From Pseudomonadota bacterium (GTDB lineage Bacteria; Bdellovibrionota; Bdellovibrionia; Bdellovibrionales; SG-bin7), in the NCBI GenBank assembly GCA_034439715.1, contig JAWXAY010000033.1, positions 1 to 64,000 of the forward strand: 64,000 nucleotides of DNA, in the 5' to 3' direction. Below the pieces are notes generated by a model. It was not told the origin of the DNA. It did no database searches and was given only the letters and a program-made list of their open reading frames with translations. Of the stretch, positions 8,841-17,374 are shown piece by piece. Position 1 is the first letter of the stretch, and each line of letters opens with the position of its first letter. Both the position numbers and the translations under genes were made by a program.

Positions 8841-11585
8841 ATGAAAAAAGGGCTCAGCCTATTTTTAATTTTGGTGTTTACAAGAACATCTGTCTATGCG
8901 CATAACGGAGGTTTTGGAACTGGCCAATACGGCGGATCCCAAGTCTGTCCGTTTCCGTTTGGCGTGCCACCGGGAATCGAAGATGTTTCAGACGATATTA
9001 GCGATGAACAAGAGAAAATGCGCGACATCGATGGAAAAATTAAGGAATTCAACGATGACAAAAGGGCTGCCAAAGAAGATATCAAATATGCCGAGGAGAA
9101 ACTCAAAAGGGCTTTCAAAGGTAGCATTCTGGATGGAATTAGAGACCATTTTGGCCAAGGACTTTCTTGTGGTGACTACAATTATCATGAAAAGGATCAC
9201 TTCGGGATTCCCGATAAAGTTTGTACTGATGCCGGCGAAGGCGTCAGTGCCTCTCGATCTGGCGCAGGTACAGGTACTGGCAGTGAGAGTAGTGATTATG
9301 ATCGTTGCATGGACATAAAGGGCACCACGCGAGAAAGTTGTGAGGCTCTATCAAAAAGATCAGATTCTTCGACAACACCAAACTCTGATGGAAATACTTC
9401 GGAGAAAACTAAAACAAATACGACTCTTCCCACAGATGGTGGTTCTACACCTCCGTCGGCTCCTCCGTCTCCTACGCCTCAAACTGCAATACCTACGACG
9501 CCAACTACAGGCTCACAAGCAACCGGCTCACAGGCAACAATACCCTCACCACTAGTTACGCCCAGTCCACAACCTCCTCAGTCCGAAGTTAGGGAATCAA
9601 CAAGCCCGTCCATTATTCCACAATCTACAGTACGGGAAACACAAGTTGGTCAAGCTAAACCAGAGGAAAAAAAAGGCGAAACGAAAAGTGGAAAACCGGA
9701 TACCGCTCCAGCAAGTGCGATCCCGAAATTAAAAGACGAAATTGCGCAAGATACTAAAGAGAAAACGGCAAAAAAAGAAAAAGCATTAGCTCCTAAAATA
9801 CCGAAAAAGGCAGCTAAAAAAGATGGCTTGGGAAAAACCACAATCAAACTAGGAGGACCATCCACAATCATAACTGATGGATCTGTTAAGATTACTAAGC
9901 CGGGTACCTCCGCTCCAGTAGTGATTGAGAACAAAGATAAGGGCAATAAAAAATCGGAACAGAAATCCAGTGAGGGGCCGAAAGAATGTTATGATATGAA
10001 AGGGGTTAAGATCCGCTGTGGTGTATTTTTCGACAACAGCTGGTTCGATTGGGTTAAAGATAGCGTAAAAAAATTATTTGGAAATGAAAACCAAGAACGA
10101 CAAATTGCTTCTGTCGGAGCCAAATCGGAATACATGGGATTAGATACTGCGACTGTGCAAGCACTTTGTCGGACAAAGCCTATTCCTAGAGGTACAAGCA
10201 TAGCTGAATGGGGAAATGCCTGTTTTGGTGGTTTAGAGAAATCCGACTACGGAAAGCTATGTGAGGTTAACAGTTCTTCGCGGCAGCAAAATTCTGACGC
10301 CAGTAGGGTTACTCCTTCAGATTGCAGAAGCTCGCTGGCAAAATATAAAAAGGCATTAGAGGAATTGAAGAGAGCTGAAGATGCCATTGCCGCTCAAAAA
10401 GAACTTAAGTTGGCTGTGAAAGATAGAATGCGCGATCTTAAACGTGAATATAAACGCGAATATAGAGAAGCCATGACCGAAGCTCAAGACTGTCCGTCTT
10501 GCAGTTTCAAAAAATCGTGGTCTAAAGCTGATACCATGGACAAAATTGGCTACGGCATTAATGCTTTAATGCCGCTAGTGACTCTTGGTGCCGGTTCCTA
10601 CTTAAATTATAAGTTCGGTAGCGATTACATGGATAACGCTTCAAAGTTGGGTTATCTCACGGGTCCGCAACCATCGTTCTTAAGTTATGGCTGGCCCTAT
10701 TTGATGGCGGGACTTTACGGTTCCATTAATGCGGGAATGACAGGTTCATTTGGTTGTTCTGGCGCTATGGGTGGCCAGGGTGGCGGCATGGGTCCCTACG
10801 GAATGATGAGCCCTAACGGCATGGGAAATATGTATGGTGGTGCCGGAGGCGCGTTTGGTATGCCGGGTGGATTCGGCGGTGGTGGTGGATTCGGTGGTGG
10901 AATGTTTATGCCTGGCATGGGTCCCTATGGAATGCCAAGTCCGTTTGGTGCTATTAATCCATTTTTTGGCGGCGGATTTGCTGGAGCCGGTGGATTTGGA
11001 ATGGCTGGCGGAGGCATGATGCCCGGGATGATGGGTGGTATGATGCCGGGAATGATGGGCGGATTTGCTGGAGCCGGTGGATTTGGAATGGCTGGCGGAG
11101 GCATGATGCCCGGGATGATGGGTGGCATGCCAGGTGGTATGATGGGAATGGACATGTCTTTGGGTATTCAAATGCAACAGCAACTCATGCAACAACAGGC
11201 TCAGCAATATCAAATGTATTCGCAATTCATGATGCAGCAACAGCAACGTCAAGCGGCTCGCTACCGCGTAATTACAAACCTTACCCAAGAACTCTCAATG
11301 CTACAAATGCGCATTCAACAGGTCTCTATGGGAATGGATGGCGGCGGATTTGGTGGCGGTGGAGGATTTGGTGGCGGTGGAGGATTTGGCGGTGGCTTCG
11401 GCGGTGTGGGCGGATTTGGCGGAGTTGGCGGATTCGGAGGCGGCGGCGGCTTCGCCGGTGGTGGCTATCCTCCGATGTACCCTGGCGGCACACCTCCCTA
11501 TATGCCTCCGATGCCGAGACCTGGCGTAGGATTTCCTGGCGCTGGCGGTGGAGCGATTAGTATTGGTGGGCCTTCGGGTCGATAG
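8841..11585 (+). CDS. Large secreted low-complexity protein (Cys/coiled-coil N-terminus, P/T/S linker, Gly/Met/Phe- and Gln-rich C-terminus)
   Basis: ORF 8817-11585; ATG 8841 with SD GAGGGA gives signal peptide MKKGLSLFLILVFTRTSVYA; composition read from translation. Confidence 0.8.
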   Translation: MKKGLSLFLILVFTRTSVYAHNGGFGTGQYGGSQVCPFPFGVPPGIEDVSDDISDEQEKMRDIDGKIKEFNDDKRAAKEDIKYAEEKLKRAFKGSILDGIRDHFGQGLSCGDYNYHEKDHFGIPDKVCTDAGEGVSASRSGAGTGTGSESSDYDRCMDIKGTTRESCEALSKRSDSSTTPNSDGNTSEKTKTNTTLPTDGGSTPPSAPPSPTPQTAIPTTPTTGSQATGSQATIPSPLVTPSPQPPQSEVRESTSPSIIPQSTVRETQVGQAKPEEKKGETKSGKPDTAPASAIPKLKDEIAQDTKEKTAKKEKALAPKIPKKAAKKDGLGKTTIKLGGPSTIITDGSVKITKPGTSAPVVIENKDKGNKKSEQKSSEGPKECYDMKGVKIRCGVFFDNSWFDWVKDSVKKLFGNENQERQIASVGAKSEYMGLDTATVQALCRTKPIPRGTSIAEWGNACFGGLEKSDYGKLCEVNSSSRQQNSDASRVTPSDCRSSLAKYKKALEELKRAEDAIAAQKELKLAVKDRMRDLKREYKREYREAMTEAQDCPSCSFKKSWSKADTMDKIGYGINALMPLVTLGAGSYLNYKFGSDYMDNASKLGYLTGPQPSFLSYGWPYLMAGLYGSINAGMTGSFGCSGAMGGQGGGMGPYGMMSPNGMGNMYGGAGGAFGMPGGFGGGGGFGGGMFMPGMGPYGMPSPFGAINPFFGGGFAGAGGFGMAGGGMMPGMMGGMMPGMMGGFAGAGGFGMAGGGMMPGMMGGMPGGMMGMDMSLGIQMQQQLMQQQAQQYQMYSQFMMQQQQRQAARYRVITNLTQELSMLQMRIQQVSMGMDGGGFGGGGGFGGGGGFGGGFGGVGGFGGVGGFGGGGGFAGGGYPPMYPGGTPPYMPPMPRPGVGFPGAGGGAISIGGPSGR
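10971..11125 (+). repeat. Intragenic direct repeat, 68 bp identical, 87-bp period
   Basis: ggcggatttgctggagccggtggatttggaatggctggcggaggcatgatgcccgggatgatgggtgg at 10971-11038 and 11058-11125. Confidence 0.9.
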
Positions 11586-11648
11586 TTTTAAGGCCGACAG
11601 TAGTTTTCATTTGACCTTTGATATCGCGTCAAGAAATAACGATGCGAT

Positions 11649-12962
11649 ATGGAATCCAAATATCGTATTTCAAATTGTTTCGATAGCCACGTACATTGGG
11701 CCGGAACTGGCCAGACACAGCAAAAACTATCACTACGAGAATTAACCTCCCCAGAGGACGTCAGCCAGCTTTCAATAAATTCAAGCTATTTTCGTGATTC
11801 TTGGCTTATTGGTTTTGGTTGGGATCAAAATCTATGGCGAGAAAAAGTTTTTCCCACGCGCCAGCACTTAGATGATTTATTCCGGCACGGCCCCGTAGCC
11901 TTTTTTAGATGTGATGGCCATGCGCTTTGGGTAAACACAAAAGCCCTCGAGATAAGTGGAATTTTAACGAGCCAAGAGCCTGACCCCGAAGGGGGTAAGA
12001 TCGTCAGAGATCAGGCGGGGGTTCCGACGGGAGTTCTCATTGATATGGCTATGGAGAGAATCGAAAAATTAATCCCGAAGCCATCTCGTCGTCAAATTGG
12101 TGAAGCGTTGGTACTGGGGATGCAGATTTTTAATAAAAATGGCGTTACCCACATTCGAGATATGACTTGCGACTTAGATCAATGGCAAGAAAAAGCCAAA
12201 TTGGACCGTGAACTTACCCTCGCCGTTGAGCAATATTTTAGCTCTGAAAATCCAAAAAATTATACTCAGGCGATTAAACTAGCGCTTGAAGCAAAAAAAG
12301 AAAACCTTCAAAACATTCGTGTCAAAGGCGTTAAGATTTTTTTTGATGGCGCGCTGGGCTCAGAGGGAGCGTTAATTAGCGGAAATTATAAATCCTGCCG
12401 GCATAACGGTTTAAAATTGATAGATGAAAAATTGTTAAAGGAAATTATGATTGATGTTTGGAGCGAAGGACTTGACCTCGCGGTTCACGTTATCGGCGAT
12501 GAGGCCTGCGATTTGGTAATGAAAGCGGCTTGTGACGTTTGGGAGTTCGCAGATCGGGGAGTGTTGCACTTAGAGCATGCCGAAATGGTCCGCCCTGAAA
12601 CCATCATTATGATGAAAAACAGAAGAGTTATTTGTCATATGCAACCCTGTCATTACTTATCTGATCGAAGTTTCTTAAGCAAAAAATTGGGCGGCCAGTT
12701 TAAATATTTGTTTCCGTGGGGCCTACTAGAAAAAACAGGCGTAGAATTTCATTTCGGCAGCGATTCCCCTATTGAACCACCGCTTGTGCCACGAAATTTT
12801 TTGGCGCTCAGCGAAGCCAGATCCGATGGCATATGTGGCATCTCTTCAGATCCGAAAAGGCATCACGAACATTCGGATTTACTATGGACACCCAATACTT
12901 GGTCTGAGTTTGAAGGCGACCATGTTAATTCTGTTAACTTTCGGGGTAAAAAAATAATTTAG
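11649..12962 (+). CDS. Amidohydrolase (YtcJ/Amidohydro_3-like)
   Basis: DSHVH metal motif, DGHALWVN, KIFFDGALGS, HVIGDEA, LEHAE, GSDSPIE. Confidence 0.87.
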   Translation: MESKYRISNCFDSHVHWAGTGQTQQKLSLRELTSPEDVSQLSINSSYFRDSWLIGFGWDQNLWREKVFPTRQHLDDLFRHGPVAFFRCDGHALWVNTKALEISGILTSQEPDPEGGKIVRDQAGVPTGVLIDMAMERIEKLIPKPSRRQIGEALVLGMQIFNKNGVTHIRDMTCDLDQWQEKAKLDRELTLAVEQYFSSENPKNYTQAIKLALEAKKENLQNIRVKGVKIFFDGALGSEGALISGNYKSCRHNGLKLIDEKLLKEIMIDVWSEGLDLAVHVIGDEACDLVMKAACDVWEFADRGVLHLEHAEMVRPETIIMMKNRRVICHMQPCHYLSDRSFLSKKLGGQFKYLFPWGLLEKTGVEFHFGSDSPIEPPLVPRNFLALSEARSDGICGISSDPKRHHEHSDLLWTPNTWSEFEGDHVNSVNFRGKKII

Positions 12963-13981
12963 TCCTCCGGGTCAACTATAATCTGCCGCACTTCCGTTGG
13001 GCGATTGTGATCGTAAATGGCGTAACTGATAGCAGCAGCCAACATCGATGCACCAATCCACTTCCAACGCCTTTTTTCTTTCTGCTCCTTTCGAGAAAAA
13101 TTCATTGAGCTCAGTGTATTGGGTGTCAGATTATACATTGGTAAAACACCCCCTTGAACAGGGGTATGATAATTACTCCAATTCTGACCATCGAATTTTC
13201 TAATGCACTGGTTGTTAAAAAAAACTACGTAGCTAGTTTGTGTGCCAGAAAATTTAGACAAGTTGGCCTTCGGTGCTTCGCAGCTCCCGTCAATTATTGG
13301 TTCCTCGGGCACACCAAATGAATTAAGATACCCACTCTGAACTAATCTAGTCTGAGGAAAAATATCATGAGCGATAAAAGTGAGTCGATATTGGTCCTGA
13401 CCAAGAATAACTTCTGATTCGGGACCAATATCAAAACGATTTCCGTTGACTAGTACAGTATCAAATTTTGAGAATCGCTCATAGGGTTTCCAGACAATTT
13501 GCTGGGCCTTTAATTCTTGCTGAGTTTTTTTAAATAGGTTCTGAGTTGCCATTGAGTAACTATTAAACTTTGGCGAATACCAAGGCAGAAAACCGATGGC
13601 TCGTTTTAGCCACAGTTTTTTTTCAAGAGGAGAGTCCGCTATTTCTGATAGAAATAAAAATGAATGAAAAACCACTTCTTGTTGGGCATCCTCCCAACTT
13701 CTTTCTAATGCCATTTCGGTAATGGCCAGAAACTCTTCTTTGGCTACTTTAGTATGGCCCCTTAGCGCGTTAGCTTTGGCTGAAAAAAAAGCTTCGGTCA
13801 TTTTTCTATTGATTTTTTCGGAACTGAGCGAAGCTTCTATAAACGATAGATTAGAAGTTAACTTCTGATTATGACTTAGCCATGCCTGATAGCTCTGCCT
13901 GTCGGCGTCTATCGCCTTAAGTGCGATTAGTTGCGGTTGGGTCGCAAAACTTAACGATAGGAAAAGCATAAAAAAACTCAT
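12959..13981 (-). CDS. Hypothetical exported protein with C-terminal transmembrane helix
   Basis: 340-aa ORF; hydrophobic N-terminus; C-terminal RRWKWIGASMLAAAISYAIY. Confidence 0.65.
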   Translation of the reverse strand: MSFFMLFLSLSFATQPQLIALKAIDADRQSYQAWLSHNQKLTSNLSFIEASLSSEKINRKMTEAFFSAKANALRGHTKVAKEEFLAITEMALERSWEDAQQEVVFHSFLFLSEIADSPLEKKLWLKRAIGFLPWYSPKFNSYSMATQNLFKKTQQELKAQQIVWKPYERFSKFDTVLVNGNRFDIGPESEVILGQDQYRLTFIAHDIFPQTRLVQSGYLNSFGVPEEPIIDGSCEAPKANLSKFSGTQTSYVVFFNNQCIRKFDGQNWSNYHTPVQGGVLPMYNLTPNTLSSMNFSRKEQKEKRRWKWIGASMLAAAISYAIYDHNRPTEVRQIIVDPED

Positions 13982-13983
13982 AG

Positions 13984-14481
13984 TTACTCCGTAGTTATTC
14001 GAGAAAATCTCATTGCACGCTTTTCAAAATTTGCTTTTCTGTTGGCTTCTGTGGGAATGGGGTTTTGAATTGAGGCATAAAATGGCGAGTCATATGAAAA
14101 AAGTTCTGACACTTGCGCTTCGGGGACCAAGACAGCAAATTCCTGAGGATTTTTTGGTGCTCTCAGAATTTTCACCTTGGAGGCAATTTTTTTTGAAGTC
14201 TTTTTGCCATCCTCGTTGGCAAGAAAAAGATCCACAACTCCAAACTGGCCGAGGATGGCATCGAGCTTCTCAGCATTAACAATCTCAATGTTTACGAGGC
14301 TAAATCCCTCGGGAATCAAGGTGTCTAAAGTTGTGATGTCTGCGGGTTCAACTTTGTCAGGACTATCGTTCGGGCACTTATTCCAAACAGCAGTTAAGAC
14401 GAGTGAAAGTAGCACTATTAAAAAGATCGAATGGTTGGCGCTAATAATATTTTTTAGTAATCTCAATTTTTCAGATTTCAC
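13984..14481 (-). CDS. CpaB/RcpC-like Tad assembly protein (short)
   Basis: N-terminal TM then IPEGFSLVNI...VVDLFL...IASKVKIL, like the RcpC/CpaB C-terminal domain; downstream of flp. Confidence 0.55.
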   Translation of the reverse strand: MKSEKLRLLKNIISANHSIFLIVLLSLVLTAVWNKCPNDSPDKVEPADITTLDTLIPEGFSLVNIEIVNAEKLDAILGQFGVVDLFLANEDGKKTSKKIASKVKILRAPKNPQEFAVLVPEAQVSELFSYDSPFYASIQNPIPTEANRKANFEKRAMRFSRITTE

Positions 14482-14590
14482 GGTTTACCTCCATGGTGAT
14501 GTTTGACGTAAATTTTTTGAGATTGATCAATTACTTTATTTGTTATTAAGATCAGCACCATAAAAAAAGTGATAAATAAAATGAATTCAA

Positions 14591-15283
14591 TCACGATTTG
14601 TCCCTGGCCAGAAAGCTTTGCCATTTTTGACCTCTCTTTTCTATTGTGGCGGAACATTGGAGTTTAAAAATGTCCGTTCTCCTAAAAGGTGGCATAAGTC
14701 CAGTTAGAAGTAAGTTTCGAATTGGGATACTCCAGCGTGCCGTTAGTTTCTGTGTCTGTGAAAAAAAAGGAACAATACTGTAATTTGGCGCCAGGCCATT
14801 AGGTGGAGTTGCACGTACCGCCAACCTCGGTGAATTCAAGATCAGTGCTATGTTTTTTGCTGCTGAGTAAACTGTAGAATAATACCTAAACTCTTGCTTG
14901 AGTTTTGCAGTTTCCAAAATGGCTTTTAATTGACCTTCGGCTATGATTTGTTTTTGCTTTAGGTGCAGATTGGCTTGGTTTAATCGAACGATTAAATACC
15001 TAGCCTTAACGGCGGTGTAAACTGGTGGAAAGGGAGCCGCGGCGGCAAGTTCGGCTCTTGTTTCGATTTCTTGCAATCGAAGCGAGGAGGCCAAAGCGTT
15101 TAGGTTTAGAAGATTAGTTAGGGCTTCAGCTAAGATTTCTTGGCTGCGAAGTAAATGCTGCTGACAAGCATTTTTAGTTTTAACGTGATAACTAAAAAGA
15201 TAAACAGCCGTAGCCCCGACCAACATCACAGTCAGTATGAGTGGAAGGAAAACAACAAATAGTGAACCCTCGTTGTTTTTCAT
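14591..15283 (-). CDS. Tad pseudopilin-like protein (TadG/TadE-like)
   Basis: Prepilin-like leader MKNNEG/SLFVVFLPLILTVMLVG; in flp operon. Confidence 0.5.
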   Translation of the reverse strand: MKNNEGSLFVVFLPLILTVMLVGATAVYLFSYHVKTKNACQQHLLRSQEILAEALTNLLNLNALASSLRLQEIETRAELAAAAPFPPVYTAVKARYLIVRLNQANLHLKQKQIIAEGQLKAILETAKLKQEFRYYSTVYSAAKNIALILNSPRLAVRATPPNGLAPNYSIVPFFSQTQKLTARWSIPIRNLLLTGLMPPFRRTDIFKLQCSATIEKRGQKWQSFLARDKS

Positions 15284-15609
15284 AAGGCGTCAGCCTTTAG
15301 TGGCAAGTCAACGACGTAGCTTTCAGCCAAGTGGATTTTGTTTGCCATAGAAAAACTTATTTTGACTAACGCCATTTTTTTACTGCGGGTGAGATTTAGA
15401 CTGGTGATGCTTCCCAAAGGCAAAAGCCGTCTGGCTAATTTAATTGAGTTTGTTCTGCAGGTGCCAACGGATCTTTCAAATGAAAGACATACTCCCGCTT
15501 GCTTTATAATAAATTTAATAGAAACTCGGGCGACACCTAAATAGATTACGGCCAAGAAGCTCGGAATGACTAAGCATAAAACTGTTAACGTGCTTAAAAA
15601 TTCAACCAT
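15280..15609 (-). CDS. TadE-like pseudopilin
   Basis: MVEF plus hydrophobic helix directly after flp; lacks an obvious basic-Gly prepilin leader. Confidence 0.5.
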   Translation of the reverse strand: MVEFLSTLTVLCLVIPSFLAVIYLGVARVSIKFIIKQAGVCLSFERSVGTCRTNSIKLARRLLPLGSITSLNLTRSKKMALVKISFSMANKIHLAESYVVDLPLKADAL

Positions 15610-15620
15610 TAACTAGTGCC

Positions 15621-15872
15621 CTACCTTTTTTCTTTCTTTGAGGTAGAACCCTTAAGAAAATCGGACAGGTCCTTTTTCTGATAGTCGTTCGATTCTATTT
15701 GTTCCATTTCGACCTTTTTATCAGGTCGACCCTGCAATCCATTGGTAATGCTCGCGAGTTGTTTTTCTATGGTGTTGCCCAAGATGCGAACCATTCCGAT
15801 AGTGGCAACCCCCACTAGCGCCACTATAATTAGGTACTCGATAAGTCCTTGGCCTTTATTATTTTTAAGCAT
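15621..15872 (-). CDS. flp: Flp family type IVb pilin
   Basis: MLKNNKG/QGLIEYLIIVALV Flp motif; ATG 15872 with SD AAGGAG. Confidence 0.9.
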   Translation of the reverse strand: MLKNNKGQGLIEYLIIVALVGVATIGMVRILGNTIEKQLASITNGLQGRPDKKVEMEQIESNDYQKKDLSDFLKGSTSKKEKR

Positions 15873-15972
15873 AAGTGCTCCTTTTGGGAGACTCCATTGC
15901 AAGATGGGGCACACAAAGGAAAGGCACTATAGCAACAACAGAAGAATTACTTGGTTCGAAAACCGGACGTTA

Positions 15973-16359
15973 TTACTTTTTCTTGGTTTTTTTAGCGATT
16001 TTTGCAGATTTGATAGGCTTTGAGGGTTTAGCGGCCTTTGCCACCTTTGCTTCTTTTAAGGGTTTAGCTGTTGGAACCTTTACGGCCTTGGCTTGTTTAG
16101 CCACCTTTGCAGCGATGGCTTCTTGTTTCGCTTGGGCCTTGGCCTGGATTTTAGCTTCTATTTTAAGATTTTTTCTTTGCATGAGGAGACTTTCGATAAT
16201 GTCATATGCCTCTTTTTGTAGATCATTCTCGAAAATAAAACGATAAAGTCCCTCAACTTCTTGGGATTGTCTAAATTTTCTGAGCGTTGTTGGAGCCTGT
16301 TCTGACGTCGAAAAACTAATGCTTGCTCCATCACCAGACAAAGTAACTTTTGCTGCCAT
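15973..16359 (-). CDS. Hypothetical protein with histone H1-like Lys/Ala tail
   Basis: SD GGAGG; C-terminal AKVAKQAKAVK...KVAKAAKPSKPIKSAKIAKKTKKK. Confidence 0.7.
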   Translation of the reverse strand: MAAKVTLSGDGASISFSTSEQAPTTLRKFRQSQEVEGLYRFIFENDLQKEAYDIIESLLMQRKNLKIEAKIQAKAQAKQEAIAAKVAKQAKAVKVPTAKPLKEAKVAKAAKPSKPIKSAKIAKKTKKK

Positions 16360-16501
16360 AAAAGCCTCCCCAAAAAAAGATAGAATAAATCAATAGTCAT
16401 TTTCTAGGCTAATTATTGCGTAAAGTCAATGACCCCCAGGTGTTGGAAAAACGAACTGTTTAGACTAATAAAGTTAGGACGTATAAATGAAAGGCTGATT
16501 T

Positions 16502-17374
16502 TTGATAATACTGGATGGTAAAGAAGTTTCTCTTCGTTGTACGGAACTTACTAAGGCTCGCAGTAGTGAATTCCAGAGACAAAATGGGCGAGCGCCGGGC
16601 CTTGCGGTTATTCTGGTGGGAGGAGACTCAGCCAGCCAAGTTTATGTCAAAAATAAAATCAAATCCTGCGAAGCTAGTGGCATACTCTCGTTCCCCCATT
16701 ATTTAAGGGCGGAGACAGAAAGTTCTGAGCTTGAAGACCTTATTGAGTCGCTAAATAATAAGTCTGAAGTGGATGGAATCTTGTTACAACTTCCGTTGCC
16801 GTCTCATCTAGACAAAGAATATTTTATCGAGCTAATTGCTCCCTTAAAAGACGTTGATGGGCTTGGCTACGACAGCTTGGGGCGGCTTTGGGCAGGTAGG
16901 CCTCGAGTCATCCCCTGTACACCTAAAGGCGTGATTAGAATTTTAAAACATTATAATTTGGATCTTGCTGGCAAGCGGGCAGTTGTCATCGGAAGAAGTG
17001 AAATAGTTGGCAAACCAATGGCGCAATTGTTATTGATGGAAAACGCCACTGTTACGATTTGTCATTCTAAAACTAAAGACATCAACGAGTATTCCAGACA
17101 AGCTGATATCGTTGTCGTGGCCGCGGGACGTCCGCGACTTTTCGGCAAAGAAAATTTTAAGAAAGATTCCATTGTAATTGATGTGGGAATTCACCGGATA
17201 CCAGACGGCAATGGCACGAATACCAAACTTTGCGGTGATGTTCGATTTGATGAGCTTGCGGGGCACTGCTTAGCGGCCACGCCCGTTCCTGGGGGAGTGG
17301 GACCAATGACAATAGCGATGTTGCTAGAAAATACCTTAGATCTAGCGACTACAAACAAAGTAGCGAAAAACTAA
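16502..17374 (+). CDS. folD: Methylenetetrahydrofolate dehydrogenase/cyclohydrolase
   Basis: YVKNK, GILLQLPLP, KDVDG, PCTP, GRSEIVGKP, TPVPGGVGPMT. Confidence 0.97.
   Translation: MIILDGKEVSLRCTELTKARSSEFQRQNGRAPGLAVILVGGDSASQVYVKNKIKSCEASGILSFPHYLRAETESSELEDLIESLNNKSEVDGILLQLPLPSHLDKEYFIELIAPLKDVDGLGYDSLGRLWAGRPRVIPCTPKGVIRILKHYNLDLAGKRAVVIGRSEIVGKPMAQLLLMENATVTICHSKTKDINEYSRQADIVVVAAGRPRLFGKENFKKDSIVIDVGIHRIPDGNGTNTKLCGDVRFDELAGHCLAATPVPGGVGPMTIAMLLENTLDLATTNKVAKN

Noticed and set aside
10746..11288. His-rich 180-aa minus-strand ORF with repeats
   Set aside because: Antisense shadow of the Gly/Met repeats (ATG reads CAT)
15610..15623. Possible flp read-through or frameshift giving a G/TSMVEF leader to TadE
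   Set aside because: Requires both stop read-through and a 2-nt shift; unsupported
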